Assembly (NCBI GenBank): GCA_963758525.1
Contig: CAVWVQ010000003.1
Span: 4,768,001 to 4,832,000, forward strand
Source: an uncultured Phycisphaerales bacterium
GTDB taxonomy: Bacteria; Planctomycetota; Phycisphaerae; Tepidisphaerales; Tepidisphaeraceae
Direction of reading: 5' to 3'
Length of the DNA stretch: 64,000 nt
Below are positions 10,372 to 18,798 of this stretch, piece by piece; position 1 is the stretch's first letter, and every line of letters starts with the position of its first letter. The translations under genes were made by a program, and so were the position numbers. The notes beneath the pieces are model-generated. The model did no database searches. It saw nothing but the letters and a program-made list of their open reading frames with translations, and was not told the origin of the DNA.

Positions 10372-12942
10372 ATGATTCCGCATGCGATCGATCTCTCAGC
10401 CATGCCGTGGCGCTTTTGCGCCGTTCAACCGACGCAAGGGAACGTGCCGTCCGGCATAGCGCTGGATCAATGGATGCCGGCGAGCGTCCCCGGGACCGTC
10501 CACTACCAACTTCAACAAAACGGGAAAATTCCCGATCCCTGGTTCGGGCGAAACGAGCTGCAACTCCAATGGATCGACCAGCAGGACTGGGAGTGGAGCG
10601 CGACCTTCACGTCGGATGCCGCCAGCTGCCAGTGCGCGCGGCAGGAACTCATCTTTGACGGACTCGATACCGTCGCAACGGTTTTTCTCAACGGACGGCA
10701 AGTGGGCCGCAGCGCCAACATGTTCCGGCAGGTGGTCTGCGATGTGCGAGGCGCTCTGGAGTATGGAACAAATGAGCTGCGGGTGCTTCTGAAGAGCCCA
10801 ACCGCATTCGCCCAACAGGAATTCGAGCGCGGCGGTAGTCGCGTCCCGCTCGGCGATTTCCGCTGGCAAACCGGAGAAGTCCGCTCCACCGGCCGCGCCT
10901 GGATTCGCAAGGTGCAGTGTCACTTCGGATGGGATTGGGGCACCTATCTCGCGACGAGCAGCATCTGGCAGCCGGTCCGACTGGAGTGCGGCAACGGACC
11001 GCGACTGACTTCCGTCCAGATCGAGCAGAAACATGCCGGGCCCATCGGTGCTCCTTCTGAAGTGCGGCTCTTCGTCGTGGTCCGGTTTAATTCTCCCGCT
11101 GCTGCCAGCGGAAGGCTGCGTCTCAAATGTGACGGGCAGACCAGCGAGATTCATACGCACCTCGCTCAGGGGGAAGATTCGCAGAGCGTGTCCTTGTCCT
11201 TAGCGCATCCGCGCCTTTGGTGGCCGAACGGATCGGGTGAGGCGCATTTGTATCCGCTGGAAGTCGAGTGGAAAGATGCGAGTGGCGAGGTGCAGCATGC
11301 CACGCGGCGCATCGGCTTGCGCACCGTGGAACTGGTGCGAACGGCCGACCAGGCCCCCGACGGAGCGAAGGGTGAATCCTTCTTTTTTCAAATTAACGGC
11401 CGTCCGATTTACGCCAAAGGCGCCAATTGGATTCCGGCCGACCAATTCGTCGAGCGATGTACCCCCGACGTCTACCGCCATCTGCTGAGCAGCATGGTGG
11501 AAGCGAACATGAACATTGTTCGCGTCTGGGGCGGCGGATGGTACGAGCTGGACCTCTTCTATGATCTCTGTGACGAGCTCGGTCTGATGGTTTGGCAGGA
11601 CTTCATGATGGCCTGCGCACTCTACCCGGACACCGATTCCTTCCTTGAAGAACTCGCCGCCGAGGCGCGATATCAGGTGCGCCGGCTTCACTCGCATCCC
11701 TCCATCGTGCTTTGGTGCGGAGATAATGAAAACGCCACTGCCGTTTGGGAGTGGTGGCGGAGGACCGGCGAATTCGAGAAGAATGTCGCGATCTACACAA
11801 CGGTTATGTCCGTTCTGCGCAAGACGGTTCTCGCGGAAGAATCGACGCGTCCGTTCTGGCTCTCCAGCCCGTCCAATGACGAATTTGGCGAGAAGCCCGG
11901 CGATCCTGACCGGGGCGACGTGCATTATTGGGACGTGTGGCACAAACATCAGCCCTTCAGCAACTATCTAACGGTGAAGCCTCGCTTCGCCTCGGAGTTT
12001 GGCTTTCAGTCTTTCCCCGAACCGCGCACGATTCGCGCCGTCATTCCGTCGGGAGAACTCAACCCTTCGAGTCGCGTGATGGAGCATCATCAGCGATCTG
12101 CCGACGGCAACATGCTGATCACCAATACGATGGCCCGGGAAATGCGAATTGCAAAGGACTTCGATTCTTTCTGTCGGGTATCGCAAATCAACCAGGCCAT
12201 GGCGATCCGAACTGCCGTGGAGCACTGGCGGCGGCTCCGCCCCTGGTGCATGGGGACGATTTTCTGGCAGCTCAACGATCTTTGGCCTGTCGCCTCCTGG
12301 AGCTCGATCGACTACTACGGCCGCTGGAAGGTGCTGCAGCATTTCGCAGGCCGCTTCTACGCACCGTTGCTGGCGAGCCTGGTCGTGCATGGCGACCGCC
12401 TGGAGATTTGGGGCACGTCCGACCATCGTGAGTCCCTGGAGCTAAAGGGCGAACTGGAACTATTCACATGGGATGGCCGGCGCGTTGCACAGCGCAGTGT
12501 GGGCGGGGGGCTGCAGGCGGGAGAGAGCAGAAGGCTCGCAGAACTGCCACTGACGGAAGTGCTGAATGGACACGCCGAGTCACACGAAGTCTGTGCGTTT
12601 TTGCGCCTCGCGGGTGGCGAATTGACAGCGGAAAATTTTGCGACGCTGGTTCCCTGGAAGTGGGTGACGCTGCCGCGCCCGGCGATCCAAACCTCGCTTC
12701 AACAAAACGGAGATCAGCTGGAGCTGCGCGTGCAAAGTCAGCAGGTGATTCCCTTCTTCCACGCAGAGCTGGAGAACCTGGAAGGGCACTTCCACGGAGA
12801 CTGGCAGGTTCTGCGGCCCGGCTCACAGTACGTCATGCCGTGGGTGCCGCATGTTCATCGCGGGGGTGCGATGCCGACGCTCGAGGACGCCCGGAGCTTA
12901 CTCAGAATGCTCAGCCTATGGGATACATACGAGGACGAATGA
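10372..12942 (+). CDS. GH2 beta-mannosidase
   Basis: FGWDWG, KGANWIP, RVWGGG, LWCGDNE, RFASEFGFQS, WQLND.WP..SWSSIDY motifs. Confidence 0.92.
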   Translation: MIPHAIDLSAMPWRFCAVQPTQGNVPSGIALDQWMPASVPGTVHYQLQQNGKIPDPWFGRNELQLQWIDQQDWEWSATFTSDAASCQCARQELIFDGLDTVATVFLNGRQVGRSANMFRQVVCDVRGALEYGTNELRVLLKSPTAFAQQEFERGGSRVPLGDFRWQTGEVRSTGRAWIRKVQCHFGWDWGTYLATSSIWQPVRLECGNGPRLTSVQIEQKHAGPIGAPSEVRLFVVVRFNSPAAASGRLRLKCDGQTSEIHTHLAQGEDSQSVSLSLAHPRLWWPNGSGEAHLYPLEVEWKDASGEVQHATRRIGLRTVELVRTADQAPDGAKGESFFFQINGRPIYAKGANWIPADQFVERCTPDVYRHLLSSMVEANMNIVRVWGGGWYELDLFYDLCDELGLMVWQDFMMACALYPDTDSFLEELAAEARYQVRRLHSHPSIVLWCGDNENATAVWEWWRRTGEFEKNVAIYTTVMSVLRKTVLAEESTRPFWLSSPSNDEFGEKPGDPDRGDVHYWDVWHKHQPFSNYLTVKPRFASEFGFQSFPEPRTIRAVIPSGELNPSSRVMEHHQRSADGNMLITNTMAREMRIAKDFDSFCRVSQINQAMAIRTAVEHWRRLRPWCMGTIFWQLNDLWPVASWSSIDYYGRWKVLQHFAGRFYAPLLASLVVHGDRLEIWGTSDHRESLELKGELELFTWDGRRVAQRSVGGGLQAGESRRLAELPLTEVLNGHAESHEVCAFLRLAGGELTAENFATLVPWKWVTLPRPAIQTSLQQNGDQLELRVQSQQVIPFFHAELENLEGHFHGDWQVLRPGSQYVMPWVPHVHRGGAMPTLEDARSLLRMLSLWDTYEDE

Positions 12943-14816
12943 ACTTCTCTCCACGACACGTCACAGCGTATTTGCTGCCTCTGTTTGTTGTAGCGACGGG
13001 TGCGCGGACTTCGCCCGGCGCGACTCCTTCGCCGGCATCGTGGCCGCCGGCCGATGGTGTGCCGCTCACGCAATGGGGAAAGGATGTGTCGCCCGACAAG
13101 CCGGTGATGCCGGAGTACCCGCGGCCGCAACTGGTTCGCGAACAATGGCTCAACCTGAACGGGAAGTGGGATTATGCGATCGGCGCGAAAGAGGCAGGGC
13201 AGCCGGCCGCGTACGACGGCAAAATCCTGGTGCCATTTCCAATCGAGTCGGTTCTCTCGCAAGTCAACAAGAGGATCGATGAAGCGAGCCGTCTGTGGTA
13301 TCGACGCACGTTCCAGATACCGGCCGCATGGGAGGGGCAGCGAATACTCTTGCACTTCGGCGCCGTCGATTGGGAAACCGCTGTCGTGATGAATGGCAAG
13401 AAGGTTGGCACGCACCGCGGCGGCTATGATGGGTTTAGTTTCGACATCACCGACGCGCTGGCAGCCGCGGGTCCCCAGGACTTAGTCGTCTCCGCGTGGA
13501 ATCCGATCGAAGGCGGCCAGCCCGGAGGGAAGCAGGCACGGAAACCCGAAGGAATCTTCTATACGCCTGCAACGGGTATCTGGCAGACGGTCTGGGTGGA
13601 ACCCGTCCCGTCGTCATACATCGAAAAACTCCGGATCGTTCCTGATGTCGACAGAGATCGGCTGATTCTCCAGGCCGATCTCGCTGGTTCCGCGGACGGA
13701 TTGCAAGTCGAAGCCGTTATCATGGCACGCGGCATGGAAATCGCGCACGGTGTCGGCAAACCTGGCGAATCGATCGCGATTCCGATCCCAAATGCGCGAC
13801 TGTGGTGGCCCGATGACCCGTTCCTCTACGACTTGCGGCTGACGCTGACGCGAGCAGGAAAGACCGTCGATTCCGTCGGCAGCTATTTCGGAATGCGCAA
13901 AATTGCGATTGGTCCGGATGACAAGGGCATCACCCGAATTCTTCTCAACAATCGCTTTGTGCTGCAGAACGGCTTGCTCGACCAGGGATTCTGGCCGGAT
14001 GGAATCTACACGGCTCCTTCGGACGATGCATTGCGATATGACATTGAGATCACGCGCAAGTTCGGCTTCAACATGAGCCGCAAGCACGTGAAGGTTGAGC
14101 CCGAACGATGGTACTACTGGGCAGACCGGCTCGGGCTTCTGGTATGGCAGGACATGCCGGGCGCCAGGCAATTGTGGTACGCGAAGGGGCCGGCAGCGAT
14201 TTCTGATCCGCAGACCCAGTTTCAGCAGGAGCTACGCGGGATGGTCGAAGGGCGGTTCAATCATCCCTCGATCGTTACGTGGGTTGTCTTTAACGAGGGG
14301 TGGGGCTTGGAAATGAGCCGGACGGATTCGCAGACCCCGAGCGACACGACTCGCGCATTCATGCAACGCATGATCGCTACGGTCCGCGCTTCAGACGCTA
14401 CCCGGCTCATTGACCCCGAGAGCGGCGCCGGCGGCGGTGCCTGGCAGGGAAAGAATCCGTGGGACGTCGGTTTGGGCGACGTGCTGGATTTTCATTGCTA
14501 CGGGAAGTCCAACGGTCCGATTCCTGAAAAACATCGGGCATCCGTGATCGGCGAATATGGTTGGGGTGTGTCGCCGGTGGCTTCGGTCGGGCGCGAGCTT
14601 CCCGAAGTGATCAATCCCGGCGTCAGCGCGCTGGTGCTTACTCAACTGACCGACGTCGAGAACGAGCGAAACGGAGCGGTCAACTATGATCGCACACCCA
14701 AGCCGAATGTTGCGATAGAGAAGTCAGGCGCGGACATGATCGCGCAGACCAGGCAATGGAGCGGTCCGGGAGCGACAACCCGGCCCGCTGCCGCCGCTCA
14801 GACTGAGCCGCGCTGA
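12939..14816 (+). CDS. Secreted GH2 glycoside hydrolase (beta-galactosidase/arabinofuranosidase-like)
   Basis: ATGA overlap with upstream stop; PEYPRPQL, LHFGAVDW, LDQGFWPDG.YT, RKHVKVE, WVVFNEGWG. Confidence 0.88.
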   Translation: MNFSPRHVTAYLLPLFVVATGARTSPGATPSPASWPPADGVPLTQWGKDVSPDKPVMPEYPRPQLVREQWLNLNGKWDYAIGAKEAGQPAAYDGKILVPFPIESVLSQVNKRIDEASRLWYRRTFQIPAAWEGQRILLHFGAVDWETAVVMNGKKVGTHRGGYDGFSFDITDALAAAGPQDLVVSAWNPIEGGQPGGKQARKPEGIFYTPATGIWQTVWVEPVPSSYIEKLRIVPDVDRDRLILQADLAGSADGLQVEAVIMARGMEIAHGVGKPGESIAIPIPNARLWWPDDPFLYDLRLTLTRAGKTVDSVGSYFGMRKIAIGPDDKGITRILLNNRFVLQNGLLDQGFWPDGIYTAPSDDALRYDIEITRKFGFNMSRKHVKVEPERWYYWADRLGLLVWQDMPGARQLWYAKGPAAISDPQTQFQQELRGMVEGRFNHPSIVTWVVFNEGWGLEMSRTDSQTPSDTTRAFMQRMIATVRASDATRLIDPESGAGGGAWQGKNPWDVGLGDVLDFHCYGKSNGPIPEKHRASVIGEYGWGVSPVASVGRELPEVINPGVSALVLTQLTDVENERNGAVNYDRTPKPNVAIEKSGADMIAQTRQWSGPGATTRPAAAAQTEPR

Positions 14817-14840
14817 CGCTGCCGCAGCGGATACCCGAGC

Positions 14841-15209
14841 ATGCAATCCACAAACCCCCACGCTGAGCTTCGCAACCGCCGCGTTCTGATACTCGGCGAC
14901 AGCATCACGCAAGAAGGCACGTACGTGACGTTCGTCGAGTACTATCTTGCGAGCCTCTTCCAGTTTGACCGCTTTGACATCGTCAGCATCGGGCTGTCGG
15001 GCGAAACCGTCTCCGGCCTGCCCGAGCGTCAACACGAGTTTCCCCGCCCGTGTGTGCACGATCGGCTGCAGCGGGCGCTCGAAAGGGTAAGGCCGCGGGT
15101 GGTGATGGCGTGCGATGGCATGAACGATGGGATCTATCACCCGCAGAGCCCGCAACGCATGAGGGCGCTTGAAGCCGGGATCCCCGCAGGCAGGGCCGCG
15201 GGGGTGTAA
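14841..15209 (+). pseudogene. SGNH/GDSL hydrolase, C-terminally truncated
   Basis: ILGDSIT and GMNDG blocks present; no DxxH block; ends about 100 bp before the att site. Confidence 0.7.
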
Positions 15210-15246
15210 GGCCACACTCCTATTCAAAGCCAGCAAGTATTCTGGC

Positions 15247-15272
15247 TTGCGCCAACAATTGCGCCAACAATT
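15247..15272. repeat. 12-bp tandem direct repeat ttgcgccaacaa x2 (integrase arm-site-like)
   Basis: Exact repeat adjacent to the tRNA fragment. Confidence 0.55.
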
Positions 15273-15285
15273 ATTTCAGACCATC

Positions 15286-15311
15286 AAAAAACCCGCGAGA
15301 ATCGCGGGTTT
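15286..15311 (-). terminator. Rho-independent terminator downstream of the tRNA 3' end
   Basis: cccgcga/tcgcggg stem, followed by T6 on the minus strand. Confidence 0.8.
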
Positions 15312-15315
15312 GTGA

Positions 15316-15335
15316 TACCCCCAAGGGGAGTCGAA
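15316..15335 (-). other. att site: 3' fragment of a tRNA (tRNA-Glu-like)
   Basis: Minus strand reads TTCGACTCCCCTTGGGGGTA = T-loop, 3' T-stem and acceptor strand; upstream sequence is not tRNA-like. Confidence 0.8.
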
Positions 15336-15360
15336 GAAATCATCGCTTTCTGCTGAAAAA

Positions 15361-15633
15361 GTGCAAGTTTCTGAGGAGCGCGGCACAGAATCCGGCACAG
15401 TCGCAGAGACCCGCTCCACTTCGTCCGGCACAAGCCCGCCACGGAGCGATTCAGATCTGCAAGCTTTAGTCGACGCCTGGCCGACCCTTCTGCCTGGTGT
15501 TCGCGCTGGCATCGTGGCATTAGTAAAGGCAACTACTCCACCAATTCAGATCCAAGAGTCGGCGCAAGCAGGGGATCGGCAGCTCGATCCAGCGACATTG
15601 GAAGCCACTCTTACTAACGAGGTGCGATCATGA
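15361..15633 (+). CDS. Small hypothetical protein next to att site
   Basis: DLQALVDAWPTLLPGVRAGIVALVKA motif, recalled as recurring beside planctomycete tRNA integration sites; overlaps cggcacag x2 repeat (15381-15400). Confidence 0.45.
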   Translation: MQVSEERGTESGTVAETRSTSSGTSPPRSDSDLQALVDAWPTLLPGVRAGIVALVKATTPPIQIQESAQAGDRQLDPATLEATLTNEVRS

Positions 15634-15998
15634 ACGAGCAACCCAAGCTCAAATATCATGGCAGCGTTCCTGCATGCTCGGCGGGAGCGAGCGCGTCACG
15701 TCCACGCGAGGTCTATCGCGCGATGATCGCGCACACCTGCCGCGAGAGCTCGTCGCGCGCCCGGAGCGACAGCGCGTCGCGCGGGCTCAGCGATCACACG
15801 CCGCAGGTGATCGAAGTGGACTTGGATCAGACCGGAGCACCGGTCTCGATGTGGGAAATCTCGCCGATCAGAGGTTCGCTTGCGCCTTGTCATGTCGAAG
15901 GTATCGCGAGATTCGCCCGGGACACCGACTCACAGCCACTCCATCTACTCACAGAGCCGGGCCCGGCAACCAAGAATCACAGAACAGGAGGGTGCGCC

Positions 15999-16502
15999 AT
16001 GATCCTCCAATTCGGCAAACATCGCGGCAAATCGGTCGAACGGGTTGTACTGTACGAGCCCGATTATGCCCTTTGGGCGTTGGGCCAGGAAGCTACGTCC
16101 GTTGGCTTCGACGAGCTACAGGATGAGATTCGCAGGCTGATCCGTGACTTTGACAACAAGCCCTTTACCCAAGTATGTATGGGCGATGATTGCGAGAACA
16201 CAGCGACGCGCGGCACGACCTACGACGGCAGCAACAGCCTGTTCTGGTGGTGCGACGAGTGCAGCCCAACACAACTAGGTGCCAGTCCGGACAAACTTCG
16301 TGTCGTTCGGACATACTTCGATGTAGCGACGTATCGCAGTTCGCGCCGCAACACGATACCGGCTTACTGGAGCCGGAGAGTACTGGCAATGGCGCGGGCC
16401 AAGGGCTTGCCCGAGGGGCCTTCTTCACCGTTTGAACGGACTCGATCGCGTCCGGATGGTAAGCCGCTTCCGAACTTCCGTTTGAACGTAACCGCCGAGT
16501 GA
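15999..16502 (+). CDS. Hypothetical protein with FGKHRG (ExoX C-terminal/DUF3820-like) motif and Cys cluster
   Basis: AGGAGGG RBS; MILQFGKHRGKSVERV...PDYALW; C-x4-C...CDEC. Confidence 0.6.
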   Translation: MILQFGKHRGKSVERVVLYEPDYALWALGQEATSVGFDELQDEIRRLIRDFDNKPFTQVCMGDDCENTATRGTTYDGSNSLFWWCDECSPTQLGASPDKLRVVRTYFDVATYRSSRRNTIPAYWSRRVLAMARAKGLPEGPSSPFERTRSRPDGKPLPNFRLNVTAE

Positions 16503-16530
16503 AACTTCACTTAAATAGGAATTGTCCGGA

Positions 16531-16660
16531 ATTTCCGTTTGGTTCCGTTTGTTCCGAGCGGGCCGTGAAACGGAAGAAACGGAAGTAAACGGAGATCGTG
16601 GCGATTTCCGTTTTATATGCTGTATTTCCAATTACTTACGATTAAACGGAAGAACGGAAG
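16531..16660. repeat. TTCCGTTT/AAACGGAA inverted-array element, copy 1
   Basis: Multiple motif copies in both orientations around an AT-rich core; homologous to 61461-61590. Confidence 0.85.
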
Positions 16661-17148
16661 TGGCTTGCCAGCAGACAGGGGCGGCAGATGTGTTCAAAAG
16701 CGCGGGTACGCCGATCGTGCCGTATCTGATCAGCGAAGCGTTTGGCGCGGTAACGAGCTGCGCACCGGATTAGGCTGTGGAGGTCATACTACCCCGGGCC
16801 GGCAATTCCTTTCTCAATTGACTAGACGGGCTTTTTCGCCAGTGCAATGCTGGGATTCGACCAGCGAATCGCCGAACTCCGCGCAGTGATTGTTCCTCCG
16901 TCGCCGCTCACTTCGTCGCACAGCCCAAGCTCGCCAAATAGCACACATGGCAAAACAGATCACCGTCCCACTGCTCACCCTTCAGTACACTCTCCACCAC
17001 CCTGAGATGTCAGGCGCGAGAATGTTCGCGAGAAGCGTTTTCTGATTCGCGTCCAACCAAGTGACCGCCGCTCTGTTTGCGCCGGACGGTTTCTTACGGT
17101 ACTATCGGGGTCAGATAGCATGGTGCGGAACAAGTGCTGGGAGACCAA

Positions 17149-18243
17149 ATGGCTACAGAAGATATTGAAGAGCGTCTGTTCGATGTTCTTGAAGGGATTG
17201 ATGACTCCGCAGAGGCAGAAGATCAGGAGGCACCATCTCACGTCCGCTACTCCATCAAGAGCTACGGCGCGGATTATCCTGTTGACGCACTAGTGAAAAG
17301 ACTTACCGCTGACAGCATTGTAATTCCACAGTTTCAGCGTGGATACGTATGGACATTGCCGCAGGCTTCGCGTTTTGTTGAATCTCTGCTTCTTGGGCTT
17401 CCCGTCCCTGCTATCTTTTTGTCTCGCGATCCGATCACGCAAAAGTTGCTGGTGATCGACGGCCAACAGCGTCTCCAGTCCCTCAGGTACTTCTATGAGG
17501 GACTATTTCGCGGGCGGGAGTTCGGCCTTAAGGGCGTGCAAGTGGAATTTGAGGGATTGACGTACAAGTCATTATCGCCGGAGGATAAGCGACGTCTCGA
17601 TGACGGAATACTGCATGCGATTGTCGTCAACCAAGAGGATCCGCAAAATGACCAGAGCGGACTGTATAACCTGTTTGAACGGATCAATACCGGCGGCACC
17701 CCATTGCATCCACAAGAAATCAGAACTTGCATTTACCCTGGGCCGCTGATCGAACTCCTGAAGGATCTTGCGGGCGATTCGAGCTGGCGCGAATTGTATG
17801 GTGCGGCAAGTTCCCGCGGAAAGGATCAGGAGCTTATCCTTCGCTTTTTCGCGCTGTACTTTGACTTGCAGAGCTACGAACGACCTCTCAAGCAATTCTT
17901 GAATAATTTTCTTAGTAAAAACAGGTCCTACAAGTTCCTTCCCGAAGCCAAAATGCGCACCGCGTTTAAGCATTCCGTGTCGTTTGCAACAAGCAATCTG
18001 GGGCCAAAGGCGTTTCGACCCGTCCGCAATCTGAACTCAGCGCTGATGGAGGCCCTGTTGATCGGAACAGGAAAGAGGTTGGAGAACGGCCCCATTCAAA
18101 ACGTTGACTCATATAGAAAGGCATATGAGAAACTCATGGCGGATCAGAAATTCATCGATTCGTTCAACGGAGCAACTACGGACGTCGAAAGATTGAAGTT
18201 CAGAATCGGTTCTGCGACCCAAGCATTCTCCCAGGTACCTTGA
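17149..18243 (+). CDS. DUF262 (GmrSD N-terminal/ParB-like) protein
   Basis: IPQFQRGYVW, ESLLLGLPVP, VIDGQQRL, LFERINTGG. Confidence 0.9.
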   Translation: MATEDIEERLFDVLEGIDDSAEAEDQEAPSHVRYSIKSYGADYPVDALVKRLTADSIVIPQFQRGYVWTLPQASRFVESLLLGLPVPAIFLSRDPITQKLLVIDGQQRLQSLRYFYEGLFRGREFGLKGVQVEFEGLTYKSLSPEDKRRLDDGILHAIVVNQEDPQNDQSGLYNLFERINTGGTPLHPQEIRTCIYPGPLIELLKDLAGDSSWRELYGAASSRGKDQELILRFFALYFDLQSYERPLKQFLNNFLSKNRSYKFLPEAKMRTAFKHSVSFATSNLGPKAFRPVRNLNSALMEALLIGTGKRLENGPIQNVDSYRKAYEKLMADQKFIDSFNGATTDVERLKFRIGSATQAFSQVP

Positions 18244-18244
18244 G

Positions 18245-18700
18245 ATGGCCGACAAGACGAGGCACCTGAAGGCGCGAATCGACCGGCTCTTCGTATTGGC
18301 AGATAAGTGCGAAAGCTACGAAGTCAAAGCTGAGTTGGCATGCTTTGCTGCCGTCCTATGCTCGGGGTTGATTGAGTCGAGTTGCCGCCAACTACTGCTT
18401 TCTTATACACATAAAAGAGCAGCGAGGCAGGTACTAGCATATGTGGAGAGCAACCTTCATTTCTTCCAAAATCCTAAATACTCAAAGATTGAGGAGTTGC
18501 TGCGGACGTTCGATCCAAAGATTGCAGAGGCATTTGTGAGTGAGACAACGGAGGCTGAAGTTGCCGCAATCGATAGTGTGGTGAATAACAAGAACAATCT
18601 GGCTCATGGTGAGAATCCAGGGCTTGGGCTGGAGGTGATGAAGGACTATTATCGCCTTGTGGTCTCGTCGCTGGAAAAGCTTGCAAAAGCTTCGAATTGA
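18245..18700 (+). CDS. HEPN domain protein (RiboL-PSP/MAE_28990-like)
   Basis: Helical 151 aa; QNPKYSKI and KNNLAHGE (Rx4H variant); 1 bp after DUF262 stop. Confidence 0.78.
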   Translation: MADKTRHLKARIDRLFVLADKCESYEVKAELACFAAVLCSGLIESSCRQLLLSYTHKRAARQVLAYVESNLHFFQNPKYSKIEELLRTFDPKIAEAFVSETTEAEVAAIDSVVNNKNNLAHGENPGLGLEVMKDYYRLVVSSLEKLAKASN

Positions 18701-18798
18701 TCGACAATTTGTATCGGGCAATTCTGCTTGGGCACGCTCCCACTCTTGGTATTCTCCGTGTGGAGCCGCTCCCCGAAACAGCTCAGGTCGACACCATA

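Noticed and set aside
12468..12938. N-terminal extension of second GH2
   Set aside because: Overlaps the beta-mannosidase; ATG 12939 with signal peptide fits better
15286..15360. Intact tRNA gene
   Set aside because: Only the T-loop to discriminator is present; no D or anticodon arm upstream
16531..16660. CRISPR array
   Set aside because: Short motifs in both orientations with no repeat-spacer periodicity; no cas1/cas2; the Cas4-like gene is stand-alone
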